A DNA stretch of 64,000 bases, from positions 96,001 through 160,000 of the IMG/VR virus record IMGVR_UViG_3300033463_006479. One strand, 5' to 3'. The stretch is from a virus (Duplodnaviria > Caudoviricetes). This document shows positions 10,185-20,503 of this stretch, piece by piece. The notes beneath the pieces were generated by a model that saw only the letters and a program-made list of their open reading frames with translations, had not been told where the DNA came from and did not search any database. Each line of letters starts with the position of its first letter. The first letter of the stretch is position 1. The position numbers were made by a program, and so were the translations under genes.

Positions 10185-10539
10185 ATGTTATGTTATTTTT
10201 AGTTTTTGCATAATAATTGATGATTTTATCAAGTGTTGTCCCGCAAACACCACGAGAGGCGAGCCAATGTCCCCACACAAGCGTATGGGAAAGGTTTTCC
10301 TCAATGAATGTTGGGGCAAAACAAGAAATGAGCTGATGTTGGCTCATAATGAATGACTTGCCAGAATATTGTCCGTCTTTGACCTTGTATTCGTCAAACC
10401 CAAGATATTCAAACTGGTATTTCTTGCCGATTTCAAGCCAAGACAAGAAATTGGACACACATCTGAAACTCTTTCCATTTATGAAATTGACGAGTGCATT
10501 CTCGTTTTTAAAAATGTTTTTCGCCATTGTCGTGTTCAT
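10171..10539 (-). CDS. hypothetical protein
   Basis: 122-aa packed ORF. Confidence 0.7.
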   Translation of the reverse strand: MNTTMAKNIFKNENALVNFINGKSFRCVSNFLSWLEIGKKYQFEYLGFDEYKVKDGQYSGKSFIMSQHQLISCFAPTFIEENLSHTLVWGHWLASRGVCGTTLDKIINYYAKTKNNITYDKH

Positions 10540-10554
10540 TATAATGCAGTTATA

Positions 10555-11403
10555 TCAGTCAATAATAAGATATCGCCCGTTGTCCTTTTTGCTGCCTTTG
10601 AGTTCGTCAAGCATATCCTTATAATAAAAAGCCCCGCCGTGTTTGACGATTTCACTCACACGCTTGATTTCGTCTTTTACCTCGGAGCGTTTAAGCAGAT
10701 ATTTCAGTTTTGCCTTGCCGTCAATTACAACAGCCGTATAGGTAACAAATGCGTTGCTGTCCCATAATTTGACTTTAAAAGGATAATTGCCACGTTCAAT
10801 CTCACCGACAAACTCACAGATATTTTTGAACTCGGTGGTTACAATATTCTTGTATTTAATCAAAGTGTCTTGGCCTTTATGTTCTTTGTTATATTGCAAA
10901 CGTAAAGCACCGTACAAACTGCTGTTTGAATAAAAATGGTGGCTGAATATGCTCAAAATCTTGATGGTGATTAGCATTTTTTCTTTTAAGCCTTCATCTT
11001 TACACCTCAAATATCTATACCAGAGGTCTTGCTGTTCAAACTTGCTGCACTTTGACAAGACTTCGTTTACAGCGTCATCGTTGATTTTAGGGAACGTCAT
11101 ATATGTATTTTCAAACGGGGTGCATTCCTTTTTGACAACAAACTTGTCAAATGCCCCAAGATTGGCGTATGCCTCAAAATCCCTTACGTGGAATTTGAAT
11201 CTGTCGCCGCATTTCTTGCAAGTGAAACAAATCATCTGGCCAGCAGTTCCGTCATAAATGCCATCGCATTCCCAATGCTGTAACGCATCGTAGAACGATT
11301 CATTGGTAGAGCACTCACAAGAAAGCTCCCCAGCATATCGGTAATCATCAGCCTGCGGTACTGACGGGATTGAATATGTTTTTCCGTTCAAATCAATTTG
11401 CAT
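10555..11403 (-). CDS. hypothetical protein with Zn-ribbon
   Basis: CECS ... CKKCG; first gene after the early promoter. Confidence 0.75.
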   Translation of the reverse strand: MQIDLNGKTYSIPSVPQADDYRYAGELSCECSTNESFYDALQHWECDGIYDGTAGQMICFTCKKCGDRFKFHVRDFEAYANLGAFDKFVVKKECTPFENTYMTFPKINDDAVNEVLSKCSKFEQQDLWYRYLRCKDEGLKEKMLITIKILSIFSHHFYSNSSLYGALRLQYNKEHKGQDTLIKYKNIVTTEFKNICEFVGEIERGNYPFKVKLWDSNAFVTYTAVVIDGKAKLKYLLKRSEVKDEIKRVSEIVKHGGAFYYKDMLDELKGSKKDNGRYLIID

Positions 11404-11424
11404 AGTATTATTATTTTAACGCTG

Positions 11425-11492
11425 CAAAAATAAAACAATGTTTGTTATGTTCAGCTTGTCTTTCCAAAAAGTTATCAACAAAGTTATTAACA
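11425..11492 (-). promoter_or_regulatory. early promoter with paired upstream repeat
   Basis: TATTTTTGCA at 11425-11432; gttatcaacaaagttattaaca at ~11472-11492. Confidence 0.7.
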
Positions 11493-11780
11493 ACTTGTTT
11501 CTTTTTCGTAAAAAGCAAGAAATCCTTTAAGTTCCAAAACATTTGGCTTTTTATCATCGCCAATGGTATAACTGATTATGCGTATTCTATGGTGGTATTC
11601 GTTCTTTTCAGTAACCACGCACTTTTCGGATTTGTCAATTTTGCTGATAAACGTATCACCGACATTTATATCGTCATACGCTTTTTTCATTTTTCTTTCC
11701 TCACGCATTTCACTAATTGGAGAAATTGCAAGAAGCATTGCAAAAATGAAGAACAATATAATTATGATTGCCTTACTCAT
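11487..11780 (-). CDS. membrane-anchored small protein (paralog 1)
   Basis: N-terminal TM then VGDTF ... VVTEK domain. Confidence 0.7.
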   Translation of the reverse strand: MSKAIIIILFFIFAMLLAISPISEMREERKMKKAYDDINVGDTFISKIDKSEKCVVTEKNEYHHRIRIISYTIGDDKKPNVLELKGFLAFYEKETSC

Positions 11781-12114
11781 TTACGGATTTTTTATATATA
11801 TTATTGAAGTCATACAACGACATAGCGTTCTCGCCACCGCCATAGCTGTTGTATTTGTAACGCACATAAACGCACTTTCCGTCATCTGTTGTTTTTGTAT
11901 CAACGACTGTAACCGTTCTGATGAACTGCTTGTAAGGATTGTCAAAGTCATCCGCATCAACATAAATATCGCCATTTTTAGGAATATCCTCATCTTTGAC
12001 TTTCAGCCTTTTTGATTTGGAATTAAGTTCTTTCAACATAAATCCAGCGAGAATGATTACGCCAACGCACAATACAATCACGATAATGTGCAATAAAATA
12101 AAAGTGGTTTTCAT
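11773..12114 (-). CDS. membrane-anchored small protein (paralog 2)
   Basis: N-terminal TM then NGDIY ... VTVVDTK ... YVRYKY. Confidence 0.7.
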   Translation of the reverse strand: MKTTFILLHIIVIVLCVGVIILAGFMLKELNSKSKRLKVKDEDIPKNGDIYVDADDFDNPYKQFIRTVTVVDTKTTDDGKCVYVRYKYNSYGGGENAMSLYDFNNIYKKSVNE

Positions 12115-12124
12115 ATTTCTGGTT

Positions 12125-12430
12125 TTAATTTGTTTTTAATCTGAATATCCACAAAAAATCATCCATTTCTTTAATGTGTGTGTCGCCGTCACCATACATA
12201 TATTTGACAAACATTCTGCCGTGCTCTCCAAAGTATTTGTCGATAACAGTAACCGTGTCTATCGCATACACGTCTGGGTGGTCAAGGTCATCAATCCTTT
12301 CATATTTGTCTCCGATATGGATTTTGTCAAAACGATGCAGTTTTTCTTGCCGTCCGACCAGATGAAAAATGATGGCCATAGGAACGACAATCACGATAAG
12401 TATGCAAATGTTTGTCAGAAAGTACATCAT
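12125..12430 (-). CDS. membrane-anchored small protein (paralog 3)
   Basis: N-terminal TM then IGDKY ... VTVIDK ... FVKYMY. Confidence 0.7.
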   Translation of the reverse strand: MMYFLTNICILIVIVVPMAIIFHLVGRQEKLHRFDKIHIGDKYERIDDLDHPDVYAIDTVTVIDKYFGEHGRMFVKYMYGDGDTHIKEMDDFLWIFRLKTN

Positions 12431-13278
12431 TATAGTTGTTCTTTACATTCCTCAACTTTGTCATTCATATCTTTGATGATTTGTTCGATTGCAACTGGTC
12501 GGCAATCGTGAGCATCAACGGCCACGTTATAGATATACGGAATGTCATTGTAGAATTTGCTTTTGCTGTGCGTATGGCCAGACAAGTTAAGTGTCATCTG
12601 TTTCAACGACTCCTTTTCAAGATTTCCAGTCATAGACGGGAAGTGCGTGAGATAGAACTTGTAACCTTCGTATCGTACCTTTGCCGCATAGGTGATGCTT
12701 TTGACATTTGGCAAAGTTCTGTAAAGACTTATTCGGTTGTCTGTGTCGTGGTTTCCGATGACAATGTGCAGGTTGCCGTTAAGCCTTTTCAGTATGTCCA
12801 TACCCTTGTTTGAAGCACCTCCGAGCATAAGGTCGCCGAGAATATAAACGTGGTCATCCTCGCCAATCAAGGCATTCCAGCGTTTTTCAATCTCAACATT
12901 CATTTCGTTCACATCCTTAAACCCCCTTGGCTTCCAGATAAACTCCCTATCGTGGAAAAAATGTAGGTCTGAAGTGAAATACACGCCAGCACCCTTTTCA
13001 TAAGAATCGGATTCTTGGCAGAACAGAGGCACATTCACGATAGTCTTACTTGTGTTGAAGTTCATTCCGTTGTCGGAAATCGGAAGGAATATGATATTCT
13101 TTCCGTCCTTGCGCTCCATACAAGAGCACTCTCCGTATGTCTTTCTGACATCATCACGGCTTTCGGTTTTGCACTTGTAAATGAAAAAGCAACCGTCACA
13201 GTTGCGGTGCTCACACACGGACAATCTGATGTTATGCCGTGCGTCAATGGTGATTTCTTGTCCAATCTGATATTCCAT
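12430..13278 (-). CDS. calcineurin-like metallophosphoesterase with Cys-rich N-terminal domain
   Basis: SDLH, LGD, GNHD, THFP, GHTH motifs. Confidence 0.9.
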   Translation of the reverse strand: MEYQIGQEITIDARHNIRLSVCEHRNCDGCFFIYKCKTESRDDVRKTYGECSCMERKDGKNIIFLPISDNGMNFNTSKTIVNVPLFCQESDSYEKGAGVYFTSDLHFFHDREFIWKPRGFKDVNEMNVEIEKRWNALIGEDDHVYILGDLMLGGASNKGMDILKRLNGNLHIVIGNHDTDNRISLYRTLPNVKSITYAAKVRYEGYKFYLTHFPSMTGNLEKESLKQMTLNLSGHTHSKSKFYNDIPYIYNVAVDAHDCRPVAIEQIIKDMNDKVEECKEQL

Positions 13279-13312
13279 AATAAAACTCTATTTTAACAAT
13301 ATAATAAAAACG

Positions 13313-13579
13313 TTAAAAAAGTCGTTTGCTTTTAATTGAGTTCAGAAGTTCGTTCACCTCTGGGTGCTTTCTGACATAGGTTTTCCAACTTGTGTTGTTC
13401 GTTCCGCAAGCAAGTTTACCGAATGAACAGTTGTCGCTTATGCTGATTCCGATAAGCGGGTTTCCGAAAGCATCGGAAACGACAAACTCTCCGACACCGC
13501 TTTTAAGCATAGCGTAGGCTATGTTGCAGATTTTTCCGTTGTCACGTTTTCCCTTGTAACTTGTAGATACTGTTTCCAT
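13313..13579 (-). CDS. hypothetical protein (tandem paralog)
   Basis: Similar to 13579..13842 (KIC..AY..LK.G.GEF ... G.S.SDN.S.G.L ... W..Y.RKH.EV). Confidence 0.75.
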   Translation of the reverse strand: METVSTSYKGKRDNGKICNIAYAMLKSGVGEFVVSDAFGNPLIGISISDNCSFGKLACGTNNTSWKTYVRKHPEVNELLNSIKSKRLF

Positions 13580-13842
13580 TATTTTTTGTTTTTTGATTTG
13601 ATTTCGTTGATTTTGTCAAGCACCTCGGTATGCTTTCTCATATATGACTGCCACACGGAATCTTTTCCGAAACCGAGCAGTCCGTAACTTGTGTTGTCGC
13701 TTACGCTGACACCGAGCAGAAGTCTCCCCTTCCAGTCGGTTATTTCAAACTCGCCCTTGCCGTATTTGAGAAGCGTGTATGCAGTCCCACAGACTTTCTG
13801 TGTATCGCCGATTCCGTTGTAATTTATTCTAAATCTTTTCAT
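13579..13842 (-). CDS. hypothetical protein (tandem paralog)
   Basis: Paralog of the downstream gene; first gene after the early promoter. Confidence 0.75.
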   Translation of the reverse strand: MKRFRINYNGIGDTQKVCGTAYTLLKYGKGEFEITDWKGRLLLGVSVSDNTSYGLLGFGKDSVWQSYMRKHTEVLDKINEIKSKNKK

Positions 13843-13885
13843 TGCTTTTTATTTTTGTTATTGTACGTTGCTCTTTTTCACACCG

Positions 13886-13952
13886 CAAAAATAATACATT
13901 ATTTGTTATAGTCAACAACTTTTTTCAAAAAGTTATTAACAAAGTTATCAAC
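13886..13952 (-). promoter_or_regulatory. early promoter with paired upstream repeat
   Basis: GTTG-N19-TATTTTTG plus gttattaacaaagttatcaaca. Confidence 0.75.
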
Positions 13953-13997
13953 AGAAACCATAAACCATTGATTTGAAAATAGTTGAAATTTTATGGT

Positions 13998-14005
13998 TAT
14001 AAATA
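13998..14005 (+). promoter_or_regulatory. T4-type late promoter
   Basis: TATAAATA about 20 nt upstream of the terminase ATG. Confidence 0.75.
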
Positions 14006-14024
14006 TATGTAACATAATTATATT

Positions 14025-15956
14025 ATGGCTAAACAACAAGGACAAGACGCATCACATACCACAGTATGGAGCACGAGAGCCATACAACAATTTACAGATG
14101 ATTTGGACAATGGAATAGAAAGGAAGGATAATCCTTATTATTTCGGTGATGTGCATTTAAGAAAGCCAAATCTTATGTTTGAATATACGCAACACGAAAT
14201 AGATGAACTTGTAAAATGCAAGGCCGATGTGAAGTTTTTTTCAAACTCTTACGCCTATACAATGTCGCCGACAAACGGAGCACTTGAACAGATAACGTTG
14301 CGTGATTATCAAGAAGAATTGCTTGATACAATAGATGAAAATAGATTTACAATAATTTTGTCAAGCAGACAAAGCGGAAAAACCGTTTCATCATCAATAT
14401 ATCTTGCTTGGTTTTTGTTGTTTAACTATGACAAAACGGTTTTTGTGTGTGCAAACAAGGAGAAAACAGCAAGGGATGTCATAAAAAAAGTGCAGGACGT
14501 TATTATGAATGTGCCGTTTTTTATGAAGCCAGGCATAACCAAATGGGGAAGTCTTGAATGCACATTTGATAATGGTTGCCGTCTTATTGGTGAATCAACA
14601 ACCGAGAGAAGCGGTATCGGTTTTACCATACATTGCTTATATCTTGATGAGTTTGCTCACGTTGATAAAAATATAATTGAACCTTTTTACAGCAATATAT
14701 ATCCGACAGTTTCATCATTGTCAGATAGCAAAATAATTATAACATCAACACCAAATGGTATGAATTTGTTTTATCAATTATATGATGCTGCAACAAAAGG
14801 TATAAATTCATATAAACCATATCGTATTGACTGGTGGCAAGTACCGAATTGGGATAAGAAAAACAAGTGCTGGGTGAAACGTGACCAGAAATGGATGGAT
14901 ATGATGATAAAGGACTTGGGCGGTGCTGACGAGGAACTTGGCAGGGAAAGGTTTGGTGCTCAATACGGAAACTCGTTCTTGAGCACTGGTAATTTGCTGC
15001 TCGGACCAAACGCTTTGAAGATACTTGAAGAATCCCTTGAAGTTTTCAACAAGTCCGATGACCTATGGGTGTTTGATGATTACGATATAGAGGAAGCCCG
15101 TGATATTGTATGGAAACCAGACTTTGACCCATCACGTGCGAAATACACAAACGACCAGTTCCTTTTCAGCATAGATATTGCGGAGGGCAACGGCGGTGAT
15201 GATTCTGTCATAAACATTTTCAGAATGCGTATAATGGACGAGGACAAATGGAACAATGTCATTTCTCCAGATTCAATCTATGATTTTATCGGACTGGAAC
15301 AAGTCGGCATATTCGCATCAAACAAAATGCACTTGCAGAAATTCGCAAAAATGCTTTACATTCTTTCCCATATTGTGTTCAATCCAGATAATGTGAAAAT
15401 GCTTCTTGAGTGGAATGCGTTTGGCGGTGAGGTGTATAATCATTTGAGCAACGTGTTCGGTGAGAAGAATGATTTTGACCCATCTGTTGTTTTGAAATTC
15501 AAGCGTGCTGCGGATAGAAAAACAGCAGAACCAGGACTTAAACTGAACAAGGACAACAAACTTATATATTGCCAGAATACGAGAAAACATATAACTTCTG
15601 GCCGTATGATTCTGCACGAGCCAGAAACGATAGGCCAGTTCAATCTTTTCGGTCGTGTCGGTTCTTCATACGCAGCCATAACAGACCACGATGACCGTGC
15701 TATGAGTTGTGTTGATGCGAATGCGTTTTTTGACAATAGGGATTTCAAATGGATTGCCGACATTATACTTGAGGACAATCCAGAACTTGAAAACAAACTT
15801 TACAAGCATTTGTACGGGGATGATTATGAGCCAGTGCAGGAAGTCAAACCAATGTTCGGATACGAGCATATCGGAAACAACAGTCCGATAATACCGAATG
15901 ACACAAGTGCGGTAAGCCCGTATTCCCAGTTGAAAGGTATGCCGTTGCATTATTAG
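14025..15956 (+). CDS. terL: large terminase subunit (T4 gp17-like)
   Basis: LRDYQ Q motif, Walker A SRQSGKT, Walker B LYLDEFAH, ITSTPNG, RNase H DIAEG ... HDD. Confidence 0.95.
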   Translation: MAKQQGQDASHTTVWSTRAIQQFTDDLDNGIERKDNPYYFGDVHLRKPNLMFEYTQHEIDELVKCKADVKFFSNSYAYTMSPTNGALEQITLRDYQEELLDTIDENRFTIILSSRQSGKTVSSSIYLAWFLLFNYDKTVFVCANKEKTARDVIKKVQDVIMNVPFFMKPGITKWGSLECTFDNGCRLIGESTTERSGIGFTIHCLYLDEFAHVDKNIIEPFYSNIYPTVSSLSDSKIIITSTPNGMNLFYQLYDAATKGINSYKPYRIDWWQVPNWDKKNKCWVKRDQKWMDMMIKDLGGADEELGRERFGAQYGNSFLSTGNLLLGPNALKILEESLEVFNKSDDLWVFDDYDIEEARDIVWKPDFDPSRAKYTNDQFLFSIDIAEGNGGDDSVINIFRMRIMDEDKWNNVISPDSIYDFIGLEQVGIFASNKMHLQKFAKMLYILSHIVFNPDNVKMLLEWNAFGGEVYNHLSNVFGEKNDFDPSVVLKFKRAADRKTAEPGLKLNKDNKLIYCQNTRKHITSGRMILHEPETIGQFNLFGRVGSSYAAITDHDDRAMSCVDANAFFDNRDFKWIADIILEDNPELENKLYKHLYGDDYEPVQEVKPMFGYEHIGNNSPIIPNDTSAVSPYSQLKGMPLHY

Positions 15957-15996
15957 TGTTTTTCTTTTATAAATATAATGGCATTATAATGAAGCA

Positions 15997-16662
15997 ATGA
16001 ATATACTTAAAACGGATAGGTTTATAAGCGAGAAACTTTTAATAGCACCGATGTCAAAAACAAGGCTTGCTGATGTCGGTGCGAAAACACGTGAAGAAAA
16101 GAGATTGCTTGAAGCAACGTTTGATGTGATATTCATTGATGGATTGAATTATATGGAACTTGGTGTGCTTGCGCTTGGATTGCTGGACTATTCATATAAG
16201 ACAAATGTAACAAAATACGGTGACACGCATATTTGCATTTCCGTAAAAAATGATGACTGCGATGTTTATGGTGAAGAATGGAGTCCGTTTACACACCCAA
16301 GCGGATTGCCAGTTGCCTTAAATGATGAGCAGATGCAGATACTTTCCGAATACGGATTGAGATATGAATATGACAAAGGGACTGCTTGGATGGGTGTATC
16401 AGATGGCGTGAAATTGACAAGTCTGCTTGCATCTTATATTAGAACAAATTTGAAAAAGCATTTGCATTTGATAAATCCGAATGAAGTCAATGTTGTATGC
16501 AGCACAAACAACGGCGGTTCAATTTGTATATCAACAAACAAGCAGTCGGACAAAAACAGAAAAATAGAAGATGATTCGTTTTATGTTGATTTTATGTATA
16601 GTCTGATATGCATACAAGATTTTTTCAAGGAAATGTCCGATAAAATTATGGAAAACAAATAA
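15997..16662 (+). CDS. putative internal virion protein with bipartite N-terminal tag
   Basis: MNILKTDRFISE-KLLIAPMSKTRL; TATAAATA at 15968-15975. Confidence 0.7.
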   Translation: MNILKTDRFISEKLLIAPMSKTRLADVGAKTREEKRLLEATFDVIFIDGLNYMELGVLALGLLDYSYKTNVTKYGDTHICISVKNDDCDVYGEEWSPFTHPSGLPVALNDEQMQILSEYGLRYEYDKGTAWMGVSDGVKLTSLLASYIRTNLKKHLHLINPNEVNVVCSTNNGGSICISTNKQSDKNRKIEDDSFYVDFMYSLICIQDFFKEMSDKIMENK

Positions 16663-17060
16663 TGATTATGAACATATTGAAAGCCGACAATTACATTTCG
16701 GAGAAACTCGAAATTAAACCTATGACTGCAACAGCATTGAACAAAATAGGTGGAATTAACTATTCAGTTATTGCTTGGTGTGATGATGATGCTGGTTTTG
16801 ATGAAATAAATTTTGACGGAACGTGTCTTGTTTTAAATGAATTTGTATCAATTTTACAAAAAGTTGCCAATGAATTAAACGCACAAGTTATATTATCTGT
16901 ACCAGATGTTGGCAGTACGAATTGCACGTATGAAATTATTGGCAGTGATAAAAAAGAAATTACATACGGCGTGTTTACCGTTATGAACAACAAAGATGCG
17001 GAAAAAATATTGCACGATATATCAGACACCATACAAGGCAGCAGGATAACCGTGCAGTAA
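16662..17060 (+). CDS. putative internal virion protein with bipartite N-terminal tag
   Basis: MNILKADNYISE-KLEIKPMT; co-transcribed late gene. Confidence 0.7.
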   Translation: MIMNILKADNYISEKLEIKPMTATALNKIGGINYSVIAWCDDDAGFDEINFDGTCLVLNEFVSILQKVANELNAQVILSVPDVGSTNCTYEIIGSDKKEITYGVFTVMNNKDAEKILHDISDTIQGSRITVQ

Positions 17061-17069
17061 TTCACGAAA

Positions 17070-17711
17070 CTATCTGAATGTTGGCTGGTATTCTGGATGG
17101 TCTGCAAGCGGGCAGTCAATACACAATGCATCAATGCTTGTAACGCTTGACACATCCCATCCAGATATGTCTTGCAAGAAACTTTTAGCACCTTTGAATA
17201 TGCCGTCCATACTTTTTACACTTGACACATCCCATCCAGATATGTCTTGGTTGAAACTTTCTGCGTGGCAAAACATACCTTCCATATGCTCAACTCCAGA
17301 CACATCCCATTTGGATATGTCGCAGTTGAAATCAAGGGCATAGTCAAACATATAACACATATTTTTAACTTTTGAAACATTCCATTTTGAAATGTCTCCG
17401 TTAAAATGTGTTGTGGAAAACATACAATACATATTAGCAACATTGCTGACATCCCACTTGGAAATGTCGCCATTGAACTTTATACAATGAAAAAGATAGG
17501 ACATATCATTTATATCAGAAACGTCTATATCGTTCAAATCGCAATTTTCGCCTTCATTTTCAATTCTATATGATATAAGTTCTTCAAGTTCCTTTGTTGT
17601 TTTCGGAAAATACTTGTACAAAAGACTTTTTTTGTTGGAAAGTCTTGCTTTTGTAATCGGTTTTATTGAAAGTTTCTCGCTTATATAGTTTTGCGAATCA
17701 AGTATTCTCAT
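17070..17711 (-). CDS. DUF285/BspA-like repeat protein with bipartite N-terminal tag
   Basis: Repeated FNxDISKWDVSxVxxM; MRILDSQNYISE-KLSIKPITKARL; TATAAATA at 17727-17734. Confidence 0.85.
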   Translation of the reverse strand: MRILDSQNYISEKLSIKPITKARLSNKKSLLYKYFPKTTKELEELISYRIENEGENCDLNDIDVSDINDMSYLFHCIKFNGDISKWDVSNVANMYCMFSTTHFNGDISKWNVSKVKNMCYMFDYALDFNCDISKWDVSGVEHMEGMFCHAESFNQDISGWDVSSVKSMDGIFKGAKSFLQDISGWDVSSVTSIDALCIDCPLADHPEYQPTFR

Positions 17712-17734
17712 AAATGTTTATTTCTATATTTATA

Positions 17735-17765
17735 AAAAACGCACCGACATTTCTGCGGTGCGTTT
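17735..17765. terminator. intrinsic terminator
   Basis: aaaaaacgcaccg-loop-cggtgcgttt hairpin. Confidence 0.6.
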
Positions 17766-17792
17766 CATAGATAAACAATAAACTATAATATA

Positions 17793-18236
17793 TCAGTTGT
17801 TGAAACTGTCAATGATTTCAAACTTGTTCCACAATACTTTATTGAATTTGTTCCGTTCATTCTTCGTTATCACGGCATATCCGTTCACTTCTGGAAGTTG
17901 TTTGCCGTTGCAATCAAAGAACGATTTGCATTTGAAAACCGACAAATCTGGAAACTGATTTATGCGGCATAAGAATATATGTATATTCTTTTCCTTGTTG
18001 TGATTGTGTGTTCCGCAGTCAATTATATACGGCTCACCATTTGAGAACAATGTTTCGATTTTAACGCCAGTTTCTTCAGAGAACTCACGTTTGGCTGCAT
18101 CAATATCGGATTCGTCATCCTCAACAAGACCTTTTGGAAAATCATATCCACAGTTGTCTGGCCGTCCAGTTGCGTGGCAGGCCAATATGCTTCCGTTTCC
18201 GTCAATAAGTACAAGTGCCGCTGTTACTTTTTTCAT
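17793..18236 (-). CDS. NUDIX hydrolase
   Basis: Nudix box GLVEDDESDIDAAKREFSEETG. Confidence 0.9.
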   Translation of the reverse strand: MKKVTAALVLIDGNGSILACHATGRPDNCGYDFPKGLVEDDESDIDAAKREFSEETGVKIETLFSNGEPYIIDCGTHNHNKEKNIHIFLCRINQFPDLSVFKCKSFFDCNGKQLPEVNGYAVITKNERNKFNKVLWNKFEIIDSFNN

Positions 18237-18278
18237 AATGATTCAAATTATATATTTTAATTTTACGCATTAACATAT

Positions 18279-18524
18279 CTAAACCGATGCTTTTTGTGTC
18301 TTGAGCAAATACTTGTTCAATCCTTTGCGAAGTTCTTCGGTGAAATAATAGTTTGTCGTATAACCTTCTCGTGTAGCCCATTTGTCAAATATCTTTTTGA
18401 ACTCCTTGCCATCAACATCTTCTGGTATGTCCATACCGAATGTGTCCACAAGATTGAGTATTCCAGTCTTGTTATGCAAGATATCGAAAAGTGTTATTCG
18501 TTTTGGTAATTGTTTGATTAGCAT
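18279..18524 (-). CDS. hypothetical protein
   Basis: 81-aa packed ORF. Confidence 0.6.
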   Translation of the reverse strand: MLIKQLPKRITLFDILHNKTGILNLVDTFGMDIPEDVDGKEFKKIFDKWATREGYTTNYYFTEELRKGLNKYLLKTQKASV

Positions 18525-18535
18525 ATCAATATTTT

Positions 18536-18778
18536 TTAATCAAAATACGTGTAACCTTTCCAAGATGTATCAACCGCTTTCGGCTCTGGTTCAAGTCCGA
18601 TTAAGGATTTCAAGTGAACACGCATAACGGTGTTCGGTCTTGCTCCGTTTTTCCCATATTCAAGCAGCCGTATCTTTGCTGTCTTGTTTGTTTTTGACAA
18701 AACTTCGCAGCGTGTTTTGTGCCACACATCGGCAAAAGCCTCACGCCATCTGTAAAAAATAGTTTTTCCGTTTTCCAT
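18536..18778 (-). CDS. hypothetical protein
   Basis: From MENGKT, just downstream of the early promoter at 18798. Confidence 0.65.
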   Translation of the reverse strand: MENGKTIFYRWREAFADVWHKTRCEVLSKTNKTAKIRLLEYGKNGARPNTVMRVHLKSLIGLEPEPKAVDTSWKGYTYFD

Positions 18779-18797
18779 ATCTGATGTTTTTGTGACG

Positions 18798-18864
18798 CAA
18801 AAATACAAAAACATCCAATACAATGTAATGTGTTTTTGAAAAAGTTTTCAACAAAGTTATCAAC
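18798..18864 (-). promoter_or_regulatory. early promoter with paired upstream repeat
   Basis: TATTTTTG plus gttttcaacaaagttatcaaca. Confidence 0.7.
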
Positions 18865-18865
18865 A

Positions 18866-19405
18866 CTAAAACAATGCCGTTTTCTTTTCTGTCTTTGGTT
18901 TAGGCTCGTATAAGTATTTGATGAAATCCCCAAGATGTCGGTCGTTCAAATCAATTCTTCTCACATTGTCCGCATTCTGCATTTTCCGCATAAGTGTTTT
19001 TTCAATATAATTGTTCTGTTCAAACCTTGTTGTTGTCGGGCAGCTTCGCTTCAATTCACTCCATCCTTGGTCGTTTGTTATAAAAAGCGTGTTGTCTTTG
19101 AAAAACTGTGCATAAAGAATTTTGGTGTTTTCGCCATTTTGTTTTTTCGCCCATTCCAACGCCTCAAAATCTGCCTTGTCCATAACAAGGTCTCCGTATT
19201 TGGTGCTGTTGAAATCACGTTGTTTCAGATTAAACAAATAGTTGCATCCGTTTTTCAATCCTTTCACATCATATCCGCAACCTTTATGTCCTTTCACAAC
19301 ACCTTCAAAATTGTCGTATGCTATCATAAGCATCATAAATAATTTGATGCTGTCATTGTCGCCACTAACATTGTGGTCTTCCTTGTTCTGCGTTTTTGTA
19401 TTCAT
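18866..19405 (-). CDS. PD-(D/E)XK-like protein
   Basis: From MNTKTQ; YDVKG ... LFNLKQR resembles the nuclease motif with E replaced by N; TTGCAT-N17-TATATT promoter upstream. Confidence 0.5.
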   Translation of the reverse strand: MNTKTQNKEDHNVSGDNDSIKLFMMLMIAYDNFEGVVKGHKGCGYDVKGLKNGCNYLFNLKQRDFNSTKYGDLVMDKADFEALEWAKKQNGENTKILYAQFFKDNTLFITNDQGWSELKRSCPTTTRFEQNNYIEKTLMRKMQNADNVRRIDLNDRHLGDFIKYLYEPKPKTEKKTALF

Positions 19406-19496
19406 ATTCAAATAATATCGTATATACCAATATAATAAAAAACTTGAAAATATGCAACAGCACTTATAAATAATATCGGAACAAATATAGAATAAT

Positions 19497-20495
19497 ATGA
19501 GGATATTAAGGTCAAGCCAGTTTATAGCCGAGGGTGCTGGTGCTGGATATAAAGTTAAATTTGAAGGTTTGAAATTTGATTTAGCCACAGCTGAATTTAC
19601 TGGGGAACGCATAATGATTGACGATGAGGAATATTGGAAAATCAAAATAGGCATTAAGCACGATTTTGTTGATAGATGGGAAACTGAAAGTTACTATGAA
19701 TGTATGACATCAGACGGAGATGATAATTTCTTCTTTTATGACGGTGACAATGACCGTTTGATTGATGGCGGTGTATCGTTTTGGGTTGTGTCAAAAACGG
19801 AATTTCTTGAGTATGTGTCAAGAAATTATGAGTTTCAAGTGGATGAAAAACTTGATATAAAACCAATAACTGGGAGCTGGTTGAGGTCAACGGCACAAGC
19901 ATCAGCCGAAATGAGAAAGAAGATAATAAACTATACACAATATTTAAGAGAATTTTTTGATGACGAATGCGGCGATTCCAGAGACCTTGAATTTAATTAT
20001 GGATGTGGTTGGGGACACGTAAATCTTCCAAATCCGATTGTGCTTGGAGGCGATGTGAAAGACAAGGAATATCCATTTATTGAGTATTCTGATGGTTATG
20101 GAAATCTTTATATAAACTGTTATGAATTGCAAATAAACTGCGAGCAAATTGTTAATGACATAAATTATTTTTATGAATATGTTGATTATGCCAATGGAGA
20201 ATATGACACATATCACGATGATAATGATGGTATGGATTATTTAAAGGTTTCAGATGATAGTATTTTATCAGAAATAGATTCAGAATTTGATGAAAACGAA
20301 TATGAAAAATTGTGCAAGGATGCTATTGAAAGACTGAAAAACAAATATGGCATCCCATTTTATATGTTTGATATAAACGGAAGGCACGTGTATATTGAAG
20401 ACCAATTAGAAAACAGAAAAAACTTTAACAGTATAGAATTTGATGTCAAGAATGAGCAAGAAGATATTATAAAGAAACTAAACGGAAATTCATAA
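19497..20495 (+). CDS. acidic putative internal virion protein
   Basis: MRILRSSQFIAE N-terminus, internal VDE-KLDIKPIT; TATAAATA at 19465-19472. Confidence 0.7.
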   Translation: MRILRSSQFIAEGAGAGYKVKFEGLKFDLATAEFTGERIMIDDEEYWKIKIGIKHDFVDRWETESYYECMTSDGDDNFFFYDGDNDRLIDGGVSFWVVSKTEFLEYVSRNYEFQVDEKLDIKPITGSWLRSTAQASAEMRKKIINYTQYLREFFDDECGDSRDLEFNYGCGWGHVNLPNPIVLGGDVKDKEYPFIEYSDGYGNLYINCYELQINCEQIVNDINYFYEYVDYANGEYDTYHDDNDGMDYLKVSDDSILSEIDSEFDENEYEKLCKDAIERLKNKYGIPFYMFDINGRHVYIEDQLENRKNFNSIEFDVKNEQEDIIKKLNGNS

Positions 20496-20503
20496 TTGAA
20501 CTT

